Source: Schizosaccharomyces osmophilus
Lineage: Eukaryota
Length of the DNA: 64,000 nucleotides
Assembly: GCF_027921745.1 (NCBI RefSeq)
Contig: NC_079239.1
Location: forward strand, 310,001 to 374,000
Reading direction: 5' to 3'
Part shown: positions 35,913 to 45,088 of the stretch, one piece after another
Layout of the letters: each line of letters opens with the position of its first letter
Position numbering within the stretch: the first letter of the stretch is position 1
Position numbers and translations under genes: made by a program
The notes under the pieces: model-generated
What the model was told of the DNA's origin: nothing
What the model saw: the letters and a program-made list of their open reading frames with translations, nothing else
Databases searched by the model: none

Positions 35913-36518
35913 CTAAACACGGTAAACGGTGCGGTAGAAGGTCTCACCTTGGATGGTAGCAGACTCCAATTCTTGATCAGAAGGAGAGCGGCTGCCGTCA
36001 GCACCAGCGTAGGTACCGGCACCATAAGCAGAGCCACCATGGATATGGCCCAAGTCAGAAGCAATGCCAAAGGTGTTCTTGTAGCCCAAGGGAACATAGA
36101 TCATACCGTGGTGGATGAAACTGGTCAAGGCAGTAAAGCCAGTGGTTTCTTGACCACCGCCTTGAGTACCGGTGGAGAAGAATTGACCAAAGTACTTACC
36201 GTGCAAAGCACCCTGGGCCCAGAGACCACCAGTGGCATCCCAGAAGGCACGGAATTGAGCGCAGGGAGTACCGTAACGGGTGGGATAGCCAAAGAGGAAA
36301 CCGTCGTACTGGGTCAAGGTCTCAGTAGTAGCGACGGGGTAGTTGGGCTTCTTGGGAGCGTGCATCTTGGCCAAGATGTCATCAGACAAAATCTCGGGAA
36401 TTTGATAGATAACAGCCTTACCACCGGCGGCTTCAATACCTTTCTTCTCGGCCTCAGCGAGTTGGGCAACGTGGCCATAGGTAGAGTACATAAGAATAGC
36501 GATAGTTTGACCAGACAT
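35913..36518 (-). CDS. obr1: Flavodoxin-like NAD(P)H:quinone oxidoreductase (WrbA/Pst2 family)
   Basis: 201 aa. YSTYGHV, FGYPTRYG, STGTQGGGQETT, HGGSAYGAGT motifs. Strong C-ending codon bias. Confidence 0.93.
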   Translation of the reverse strand: MSGQTIAILMYSTYGHVAQLAEAEKKGIEAAGGKAVIYQIPEILSDDILAKMHAPKKPNYPVATTETLTQYDGFLFGYPTRYGTPCAQFRAFWDATGGLWAQGALHGKYFGQFFSTGTQGGGQETTGFTALTSFIHHGMIYVPLGYKNTFGIASDLGHIHGGSAYGAGTYAGADGSRSPSDQELESATIQGETFYRTVYRV

Positions 36519-36633
36519 GATGAATGATGTTAAGAAAAGAAAAAAAAAAATTTGGTAATATCCAACTGACTAGTTAGTTGTTGGTAAAAGATCAAAGGTG
36601 ACGATGTTGAAAATTCACAGTGAGATTTCTCTC

Positions 36634-36837
36634 TTTATATAACTTTTTTGATGCATGATTTCATTCCCAATGATTCAGCTTTTTTCTTCAGAGAACAAAG
36701 TATTTGCTGACCACCCACTCTCATTAACCAAATATCCTTAGTATTCTGATGACTAATACCCAATTATTGGCCAAGAAGCTCGTGGATTTTTCTCTGATTT
36801 ATAATCAACTATCAGTAAGTTTCTTTCTTCTGACTAA
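36634..36837 (-). promoter_or_regulatory. obr1 promoter: TATA box and two AP-1/Pap1 sites
   Basis: TATATAAA on the minus strand (36641-36634). TGACTAA (=TTAGTCA) at 36750-36756 and 36831-36837. obr1 is an established Pap1 target in S. pombe. Confidence 0.6.
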
Positions 36838-37292
36838 AAGCAAAAAATTTCTCTTATTTCGGCCATTTCTGGTCCATTTCGACGACCATTTTCTGCTTCT
36901 TCCTTGGGCCTTTTTTTTTTCAGCTCTCTCTAGCAGGTAACAAAAGTTTTCGCGAAAAGGATTTGCATCGACATTTTCGTTTACACTAACTTGCTTTTTT
37001 ATTGGCCTGATAAGGGTTGACTGCTTGATTTTTAGTTTGATTCCTTATGACCGCATTGACGTCAATTATTTCGTATTCCGATTTCGCGCTGACACTCGTA
37101 AAGGGTTCTTGGAAGACATTACGTGCCGCGGTTCCAATTTGGTAAACATGTGTGAATGCGGTAGAGGCTGGTTTGGTACGTACTGGGTGGTGGCTCTGTT
37201 TAGTAGTCGAGGACAAAGAAAGAGTTTTGCTGGGATTGTAGCTAGGAGCGGCTTGAGATGGATTTCTGAATGTCTTGCTAAATCCTTGCTTG

Positions 37293-37316
37293 TTTTTTTT
37301 TTTTTTTTTTTTTTTT
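37293..37316. repeat. Poly(dT) tract, 24 nt
   Basis: Uninterrupted T24 about 90 bp upstream of the tRNA. Confidence 0.9.
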
Positions 37317-37405
37317 AGGAATCCAATGAGTTTGGTAAGTTGAACGTTCCTTTCGTTCTGCTCTCTCAGTAATAGATCTCTCTTTTATTTTTTACTCTCA
37401 TACAA

Positions 37406-37478
37406 GGCCTCGTGGCCCAATGGTCAAGGCGCCTGACTACGGATCAGGAGATTCCAGGTTCGACTCCTGGCGGGGTCA
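37406..37478 (+). tRNA. tRNA-Arg(ACG)
   Basis: 73-nt cloverleaf. Acceptor GGCCTCG/CGGGGTC, anticodon arm CCTGA-CT-ACG-GA-TCAGG, T-loop GGTTCGACTCC, downstream T-runs. Confidence 0.97.
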
Positions 37479-37932
37479 GTATTTAATTTTATTGTTTTTA
37501 TTTTTATTACAATTGTTTTTGTTTTTGTTTTTAAAGAAATCTTTTCATCGATGAATATCAATATTTATCAATATTCATCATCCATCAACTCTTAAAGGCT
37601 GTTATAGTTATTTCTTGCTGTAATTTTCATTGCAGTTGCATGCATGTCTCTTTATACTACATTTCAACAAACTCTACTCTTGCATCTACCTCGCATCTCT
37701 CTACCTGTTTAAAAAATATTACAATCATATTAATCTTTTCGATTTACTAGACTTATTAAATTCTCCCACCTTTAGCTCGGTCGTTTCGTTTCCAAAAAAA
37801 AAGGTACAACAAAAATAATAAAAAACACTGGTTCATAAAGTATACACTAGAATGCACCCGACGAATTAAATAAGGTAAATGCAATTACAACCATTTCTTT
37901 CTTTTCTTTTCTATTTTTTCTTGTCCATCTTT

Positions 37933-40734
37933 TCAATCGGTTTCTTCGGATTCTGCTTTTTCGGCTGTCTTTTCCGAAAGCGTTGCGTCCAAAGCAATCT
38001 TGGCATTCGCTAATCGTTGAATGTGTTCTTCGATTGTATTTTTCACCACAAATTTGATCACTGTCACCTCCTTCTTTTGTCCAACTCGATGTGCCCGATC
38101 TTCCGCTTGCAAATCATCAAATGGATTAAACGATACATCGTAAAGAATTACCATGTTCGCACATGCCAAGTTAATTCCAAATCCTCCTGCTTTTGTCGAC
38201 AACAAAAATACATTGATACTTTCATCCGCATAAAATTGATCAATCAAGTCTTGTCGAAAATCAACTTGTGTCGATCCGTCAAACCTCAAAAACTTCAAAC
38301 TCATACTCTTCATAACCAGCTGTAAAATGTCAAGAACCTGTGTAAACTGACTAAACAAGACAACCCGATCTCCTTTGGCAATCGCATTCTCCAATATCGT
38401 TTTCAACTTTCTCACCTTGGTCGCATCCATCCAAGGTTCGTTCTTCAGCTGGAACGGTTGAATCGTAGTGAACTTGCCGCATAGATTGTGTAACTCAATA
38501 TCAGACATGTATTGCATGTCTTCAAATATATAGTTTTCGTTCGCCTTTTTGTATTGTGGTTCATTCATAATCTCCTTGGCCATCATTCGAAGAATCTCAT
38601 CCTTGTAGCGAATTCGAAACAACATCGGGTGATCTGCAAGTTTCCGCAGTTGAACTAAAACAAATCCAGCTGTGCTCTTCTTTTTGGCGAGATTCGCATT
38701 CGTATCTAAATTTGTTTTCATGACATTCTCATCTAAAAGATTGTTGACGCTTTGCTTGTTTGCAAACTCATCATATCTCTTTTTCTCTTCTTCCGAGAAC
38801 TCACAAAACTCTATGATACGTGTTTTCTTCGGCAATGCATCCAGAACTTGGTTCTTTTTACGACGCAATACAAATGGCGCCATCATCATCTTGGCTCGGG
38901 AAACTCGCTGCTCCGAAAGCAAAGCTCTTTCAAAATCGCTCTCGGGCGACTTCTTCATGGTGAAAATTACATCCAAACTCTTCAAACCATAGTCAAAAAC
39001 ATGAGGAAGAATAAATGCTAGCAGGGAAATTAACTCTTTCAAATTATTTTGAAGAGGAGTACCAGTTAGTAATACACGGAAATCTGCGGGAATACTCATC
39101 AAGTGACGATAACGTTCGGAAGCACGATTTTTCAGATAATGTCCTTCATCATAAATGCAGACATTAAACTTTTGATTCCGCAAAAATAACCGATCAGCTT
39201 TACTAGTAGCTGCCAAACGGTAGGTAGTTAACATGACATTGTAGGAATCTTTGTTGGAATTAATTCTTTCCCGAATCTCTTCACGCTCCACTTGAGATCC
39301 ATAATACAGTTCAATTTTCAGTTTGGGACAAAATTTTGCAAACTCACGCAACCAATTTTCCATAGTAGATGCAGGTGCAATGACCAAGTGAGGACCATTC
39401 ACATTCTTATCCATCAACATGGCAAAAAAGGCAATCGTTTGACATGTTTTTCCAAGACCCATTTCATCAGCCAAAATACCTGCCAACTTGAGTTCATAAA
39501 GCAAGTACAACCAATTGATACCTATAATTTGATAGTCTTGTAAACTAGCATCTTGTGAAAAGGAAGCTGGGGGTTCTGTTATGAAATGAGCATTGGACGG
39601 AGTACCAATGTTTTTCATTTGATCAAAACTAACAAGGGAAGTTTCTCCTTCTTCAAATGTAGTCGTACTTGGTAAGCCCCAGTTTTCGACTCCTCGTTGA
39701 ATTTTTCCACCCAACTGTTCACATTGACGAATCAAAGCATCAACCACAAAGTAACCACGCATAATTTCCATACAAATGCCAACGAGTCGAGGACCCAATG
39801 GAGTTTTTTCACGTCTACCACGTCTTCCCTTAGGAATGATGGGGCGAGGCTGTTTGACAATCAAAGCAGACTCAAGGTCTGGAAAGGGTCTCTTGGCAAC
39901 CATAAATTCGGATTCGGCTAACGTGCAACCAGTCATGTCAGCAAGATCTTGAGTTGGACAACGGTTGATGTACTTGAGAACTTCCTCCTTCAAGGCTGCG
40001 GTATCAATGCGTGATGCCCAGCGATCGGCATTGGATTCATCGTCCGAGTACATGTCATCGTTACTGTCATCATCGGCTTCAGGTTCATAGGTTTTACGAG
40101 AAGAGATGGGCAAGGTAAACTGAAGTCCATTTGTCACACTACTGGTGGCAGCGTACCTTTCACGCATTGTAGGACGATGAGCCGATGTCCTAGTAGGTGG
40201 CGCCTGCGAAACGAGAGATTGGGAAGAAAGAGAGAGAGGCAAGGAATCGCTAGCGTCTTCTTCTTCGTCTGCGTAAGAGGGCATTGTGCCAATCATTCCT
40301 GGATATGGTGGTTGCATATTGAAACTTTGAGCATCCAAGAAATTGGGCATTTCTCCATAAGGTATTTGTGGATTGGCAAAGGGAGGGGCATAAGGGTTTA
40401 CAGAGGGAACAGGAGGAACTGTTCCAGGAAAAGATGGAGGAAGAAAGCTTTCAGCTGTAGGTATACCGGGAGCAGCTAAACCTGGGGCAATGTTCCCAGA
40501 TTGTTTGTAGCCTTCAAGATTGGAAAGAGGGGTTGTAGACTGAACGCGTTTCGACATTTCTGACAAAATTTGAAGACGGGCATTGATGTCGCCACCCGAT
40601 TCATTGGTCTTTTCTGAGGCTTCTGAGAGAGAGTCTGCAATGAAAGGTGGGAACACTGGTTTGCGCTTGGTGTCATAAGGAAGATCCTCATAATGACCGT
40701 TTTCGGCGTGATCTACTTTTCTTTTGCCGTCCAT
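37933..40734 (-). CDS. fft3: SMARCAD1/Fun30-family chromatin remodeller
   Basis: 933 aa from ATG 40734. ADEMGLGKT, DEGH, LLTGTPLQNN, LSTKAGGFGINL, QAEDRAHRVGQ Snf2 motifs. Confidence 0.95.
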   Translation of the reverse strand: MDGKRKVDHAENGHYEDLPYDTKRKPVFPPFIADSLSEASEKTNESGGDINARLQILSEMSKRVQSTTPLSNLEGYKQSGNIAPGLAAPGIPTAESFLPPSFPGTVPPVPSVNPYAPPFANPQIPYGEMPNFLDAQSFNMQPPYPGMIGTMPSYADEEEDASDSLPLSLSSQSLVSQAPPTRTSAHRPTMRERYAATSSVTNGLQFTLPISSRKTYEPEADDDSNDDMYSDDESNADRWASRIDTAALKEEVLKYINRCPTQDLADMTGCTLAESEFMVAKRPFPDLESALIVKQPRPIIPKGRRGRREKTPLGPRLVGICMEIMRGYFVVDALIRQCEQLGGKIQRGVENWGLPSTTTFEEGETSLVSFDQMKNIGTPSNAHFITEPPASFSQDASLQDYQIIGINWLYLLYELKLAGILADEMGLGKTCQTIAFFAMLMDKNVNGPHLVIAPASTMENWLREFAKFCPKLKIELYYGSQVEREEIRERINSNKDSYNVMLTTYRLAATSKADRLFLRNQKFNVCIYDEGHYLKNRASERYRHLMSIPADFRVLLTGTPLQNNLKELISLLAFILPHVFDYGLKSLDVIFTMKKSPESDFERALLSEQRVSRAKMMMAPFVLRRKKNQVLDALPKKTRIIEFCEFSEEEKKRYDEFANKQSVNNLLDENVMKTNLDTNANLAKKKSTAGFVLVQLRKLADHPMLFRIRYKDEILRMMAKEIMNEPQYKKANENYIFEDMQYMSDIELHNLCGKFTTIQPFQLKNEPWMDATKVRKLKTILENAIAKGDRVVLFSQFTQVLDILQLVMKSMSLKFLRFDGSTQVDFRQDLIDQFYADESINVFLLSTKAGGFGINLACANMVILYDVSFNPFDDLQAEDRAHRVGQKKEVTVIKFVVKNTIEEHIQRLANAKIALDATLSEKTAEKAESEETD

Positions 40735-41626
40735 TTTGTGCAAATAGATATTAGGCGTTGTTTATAAACAAAAATATAAGAACAAAGGTATACAAGAAAG
40801 AGTTCAGCAAATGTGATTCGACAGAGACGAAGAATTCAGCTGTATAGAAAAAAAAGAGTAAAGAAAGGGAAACAATTTGTCAATGGATTCAATTGGCAAG
40901 AGAAAACAATTGGCCAATCTCGCTGTTCCCTTGGGAGTTTCGAAAAATCGACGATAGTTTTAAGAATGAAGGAAAGCCTTATTAATATCTTTCCGATCGT
41001 CTAAGGAAAAAGAAAAAGTATGTTTGCTTCAAGAATTATTCAAACAAATATACCGACACTTTCCAAAAGCATACACGCTGTTCTGCGTCGAGTCAACGAA
41101 GGGGCGAAAAATATCTTTTAAAAAAAAGAAAAAAACAAACTTTAAGAAGACAAATATTTCAACTTAAAGGAACCCAAATTCTTTGCGACTAACAAAAACA
41201 CCAACAGCTTCGAAGGAACACACTCTCTTGATGGTCGACTAGAGAATGCAAAGATTTTCGAACCTTCGATTTCAAACTTCTTCAATATTAAAAAAATGTA
41301 ATTAAAGAAAAAACAACTCTTCAAAGGAGAAATAGCCAGTGAAAATTCTGTTACTTGCTACTTCGCTTCACAATATACAGCAAATTTAGTACTATAGACA
41401 AGAACACGCTACTCCTGGTAGTTGTTCGTGGAGGGCGTTTTGCTTTGAGGCATGTATGTGGGTGGTGTTGATTTTTTTGTTTACAGCGATGTACCGTGAG
41501 ACTCGAATAACAAATAAAGACAAATAACGAAACCACGAAAAATGAGGATACAGACATGGAAAGTGGGCTACCGCAAATGGTTTCACCATGCCATATATAA
41601 ATACAATACCATATAGTATACAGGAA

Positions 41627-41657
41627 AGAAGGAGGAAGGAAGAAGGAGGAAGGAGAA
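41627..41657. repeat. Purine-only tandem repeat (GAAGGAGGAAGGA)x2
   Basis: gaaggaggaaggaagaaggaggaaggagaaa. Confidence 0.6.
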
Positions 41658-41694
41658 AGAAATAATCAAATAAAGGATGTAGTTGAGTACTTTA

Positions 41695-42307
41695 TTAGGG
41701 TAGAATAGATGATAGATCGTCGAAATGAAAATTGTATTGTTTTGAAATTCCATTACCAGTATACTTTGAGTCTTTATCTTGTGGTCGTAACAGATAGGAG
41801 TGATCTGGTGGTTTTTGTTTTCTCAATTGATTCATCTCTTTATAAAACGAGTTGTTTTTAGGGTCGTTCCATGGATAATATTCTGATAGTACTGGAATTG
41901 AGCTTTCTTCAACCGACCAAACGCTGTAAATAGACATTGATTCGCGTCGAATAGATACACTTAAATCAAATTAGATCACTGCCCTATGCTTAAGAAAGGG
42001 GGCAGGCCGGATGCCTTTGTTTGCTTGAATTGGGATTCCACTAACCACGAACCAGTACCTTCATCCTCAGGACCTGGAGTAGAACTCGAAAGCCAGCCAA
42101 TTCGTTCACAATATTCTGTATTCTTTAATTTTGAAAAGAAACAGGATCACTTCTTTCCTTACATACGGCCTTACAGTAATCATATATCTGGAATCTCGTG
42201 AGGGTGCCATTGAAATCACCATACAGGATTCTATTTAGTTTGGAATTGATAAATTCATTGAAAGAAAGAAATGCAAAAATTTACTGCTTAGAATTTGACC
42301 TCCCCAT
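41695..42307 (-). CDS. Putative 4-exon orphan protein (about 142 aa), possibly N-myristoylated; alternatively a gene relic
   Basis: Manual model with exons 42307-42285, 42230-42167, 42122-42046, 41959-41695. Donors GTAAAT, GTATGT, GTTAGT; acceptors TAG, AAG, AAG. Phases join to MGRSNSKQILYGDFNG...DDLSSILP. Confidence 0.45.
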
Positions 42308-42565
42308 ACGAAGATACGTGCATTCACACACATTTCTCTGTCTCTCCATCACCCAAACTGCCTTTACTTTTCTATTGGATTCTTGTAAGGAACCTTTGTT
42401 TTATTACCTTGGCTGTTGAGCAAAGATCATTATCATCATCATCAGCGATTTCTATCTCATTGTTGCGTTGTGTTGTTTGATCGTTTTTTTACAAAAATCA
42501 AAAATATTCACTTCACGATAAGCCCTTTTTCTGCCTTTCGGGAAGGACCTATTTTTTTTCCTTGC

Positions 42566-43729
42566 ATGCCGAATGCTACGAAATGTCAACTTTGCGAAAC
42601 AAGACGGCCTTCCATTTGTGAACAATGCCTGTGTAGAGATCTGACGAGTTTTTTCAAATTCAAGGATCAGAATCAAAAAGAAGTTTTTTCCCACGTAGAA
42701 CATATACGACAACATCAAGGGAAACATGTTTTGTTTCGAAAATGCGTTTCTGAAAAAGAAGTGCTATTGCATAAATTGGAAAGGTTATGCCATATCCGAA
42801 ACGATAAGCTGTCTGTTCTGTCCACCCTTCAAGAAAAGATCCATACTATGAAACAGGAGACCCAAGGGAGGCGAGAGTCATTAGAGCTCAAAAGCAAAAA
42901 CCTCAACGACTGCTCCATACACAACCGTGATTTGTGTGCCGAGAGATATATATATTCTCTTCAGCATTCCGAGACTCTGCAAGTTAAGCTTGCTGAACTT
43001 CAGCAATCACTCATTCGAAAGGTTCTCGACATGTACCAGCTTCATTGGCGCAGGGACGTTCGTTTGTTGTCTATGGACAATGGACGCAAACATTTTTCAG
43101 AGAACGAAGGCGGTACTGATTCCATTGACGCTAGTTTAGCATATCAACTCTCCAAGCTGACAATGAGTGTATCGGGATCTGGGTCTGGTTATGAGGAAAA
43201 CGTACAGCGCAGAAACCAAGCATTCTTAGAACAAGCCACCCAATTGAATGATTCTGTTACGATTTCCGGAGTCGATGTATGTACAAAGAACAAAGAAAAA
43301 GTGTTCTTAAACCCGGAATCTGCTTTAACTTTATCATTCATCTGTATTTTTTTAGCCCAGTACTTGAACGTCACCCTTCCTTGCCCTATTCAATTACCCT
43401 CGCCGGATCAAAAAGCACTCCCAGTTTACTCCAATGACCAGATGCTATACATCATGTATAACATTGGATGGCTTGCATCAATTACGGGCACATTCATCAT
43501 TCCTAAAGGAATGTCTCAATTACAACAAATGGAACTTCTTCAGTGTACAGGATTTTGGCTTGTTCAATTACAATCTAAATCCATACAAGTCAAAAGTCTT
43601 GCTTGCTGTCCTCAGTTAGAAATGGATTTTGTTACGTTTTATCGTTTATCGTGTGCTCATAATCCATATGCTTTTAGTTACGGCCAAACGAGATCGAAAT
43701 CCTCGAAAGCATTCCAACTAATCTCATGA
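42566..43729 (+). CDS. atg14: Autophagy PI3K complex subunit Atg14 (SPAC25A8.02 orthologue)
   Basis: 387 aa from ATG 42566. N-terminal CxxC..CxxC (CQLC..ICEQC), coiled coil, LAQYL..TLPCPI and IMYNIGWLA motifs. Syntenic position. Confidence 0.82.
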   Translation: MPNATKCQLCETRRPSICEQCLCRDLTSFFKFKDQNQKEVFSHVEHIRQHQGKHVLFRKCVSEKEVLLHKLERLCHIRNDKLSVLSTLQEKIHTMKQETQGRRESLELKSKNLNDCSIHNRDLCAERYIYSLQHSETLQVKLAELQQSLIRKVLDMYQLHWRRDVRLLSMDNGRKHFSENEGGTDSIDASLAYQLSKLTMSVSGSGSGYEENVQRRNQAFLEQATQLNDSVTISGVDVCTKNKEKVFLNPESALTLSFICIFLAQYLNVTLPCPIQLPSPDQKALPVYSNDQMLYIMYNIGWLASITGTFIIPKGMSQLQQMELLQCTGFWLVQLQSKSIQVKSLACCPQLEMDFVTFYRLSCAHNPYAFSYGQTRSKSSKAFQLIS

Positions 43730-44023
43730 AGGAATTGATGTTTCTATTTATTGGATGTTTCGAATTTTTATCTTTAATTTTCTTTCCTGAAGTTTTCTTC
43801 AGAGAAGACTGTTTATGTATATTTTAGTTATGATTCACGCATTTTAGTTTGTTTTAAGATTTTTTTTTATACAAACGTTAATTAATATTCGTTTTTGCCT
43901 TCTTTATATCTTTATAAAATATCGGTTATTCTCTACTAAGAAAGCCCAAGGTGCCTAATTGTAAGAAAGTAAATGGACAGTCTTGTAGCGAAAAAGAGAA
44001 AGTAGAAAAAAAATCATAGACAA

Positions 44024-45088
44024 TTAGTTAGAAAGATTCTTCAAAACCGAACGGAGAGCCATTTTGTCGGGATTTTCAGAAATGGGTTGCATAGAGCGAG
44101 TTTGATTAATGATGTCTCTTGTTTTATCAAAATAAACTTCTTGAAGGAAGTTGCGCATACGGGTTTCCATCTCTTCAACTAAACGACCAATGTTGCCGAC
44201 TTCGCCGTCCTGCTCACTTGCAGGCATGCGCTGCGAAGTTTGGCGAGTTAAATGGCCAGAGAGATTCAAGGCCCCAGAGACAAGAGACGAATGTTGGTCC
44301 GATCCGAGGTAAAGGATGATAGTACTAGTTAAACGATAGTCAAAAACATCCGTTTCCGATGTGGGCAAACATTCAAAGACATGAATAGAATCCCAACCGC
44401 AGCTGCCAGAGCTGGAAGCTAAAAAAATGTTAGATTAGTGGAAATCTTGAGGTGAAATAATAGAAATCATACCTTTTTTGATAAGTACGGCGCCGGCATA
44501 GGAATCATCTTGGTCCCATAAATAAACGCTACTAACACCGCCTTCATAGTATAAATCTAGATAGACCCGCATCGCTTCATTGAGATCCGACTCTAGCTTT
44601 CTCACACGATCGCTGGAAACGAGGCCATCCTCCAAAGGAGGGTCGTATTTGTTTGTCCAGGGAGAACGATAGGAATCACCATCACGGTTAAAGTCACAAA
44701 GCAGATACTGGTTACCAGATTCAGAGCAACTACTAACTTGCAATGGTTGATCTACGGAAGAAAGAAGAACATCAGCCAGATCGGGGGCTACAGCTAGAAT
44801 GGCGTCCAAATTTTTTGAAATGTCCTTGGGGTTCAACCGGCGGAGTAAGTCTAAGGCAGCATCTTCAGGCTGGTGATTGTTAGTTAGGAATGATGTCGGT
44901 TCTATGGTGTCAACATTTCACTTGAAAGTTGAGCACAAGAGGAATTGTGCTCAAGAATCAGCTCGCTAAACAATGATTCTTTTTGTTTACGTCTGCAAAA
45001 CCCTTGAAGCAGCACTTGCGGCGCATGCCTTCCCGAGAAACAAAATGAATTTGAGCAAATGCAGACTTACAAGCATACTTACCAACAT
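44024..45088 (-). CDS. acp2: F-actin capping protein beta subunit
   Basis: Exons 45088-45083 (ATGTTG), 44869-44473, 44418-44024 give 265 aa. [32 protein letters not shown] motifs. Confidence 0.93.

Noticed and set aside
35949..36527. 192-aa antisense ORF covering obr1
   Set aside because: Mirror frame expected from the strong C-ending codon bias of a highly expressed gene. It starts at TTG and has no recognisable domain.
42416..42565. Track N-terminal extensions from TTG/GTG starts (atg14; likewise gmf1, tip1, zwf2, fft3, utp5, pit1)
   Set aside because: Artefacts of bacterial-style start codons. The downstream ATGs give sizes matching those I recall for the S. pombe orthologues.
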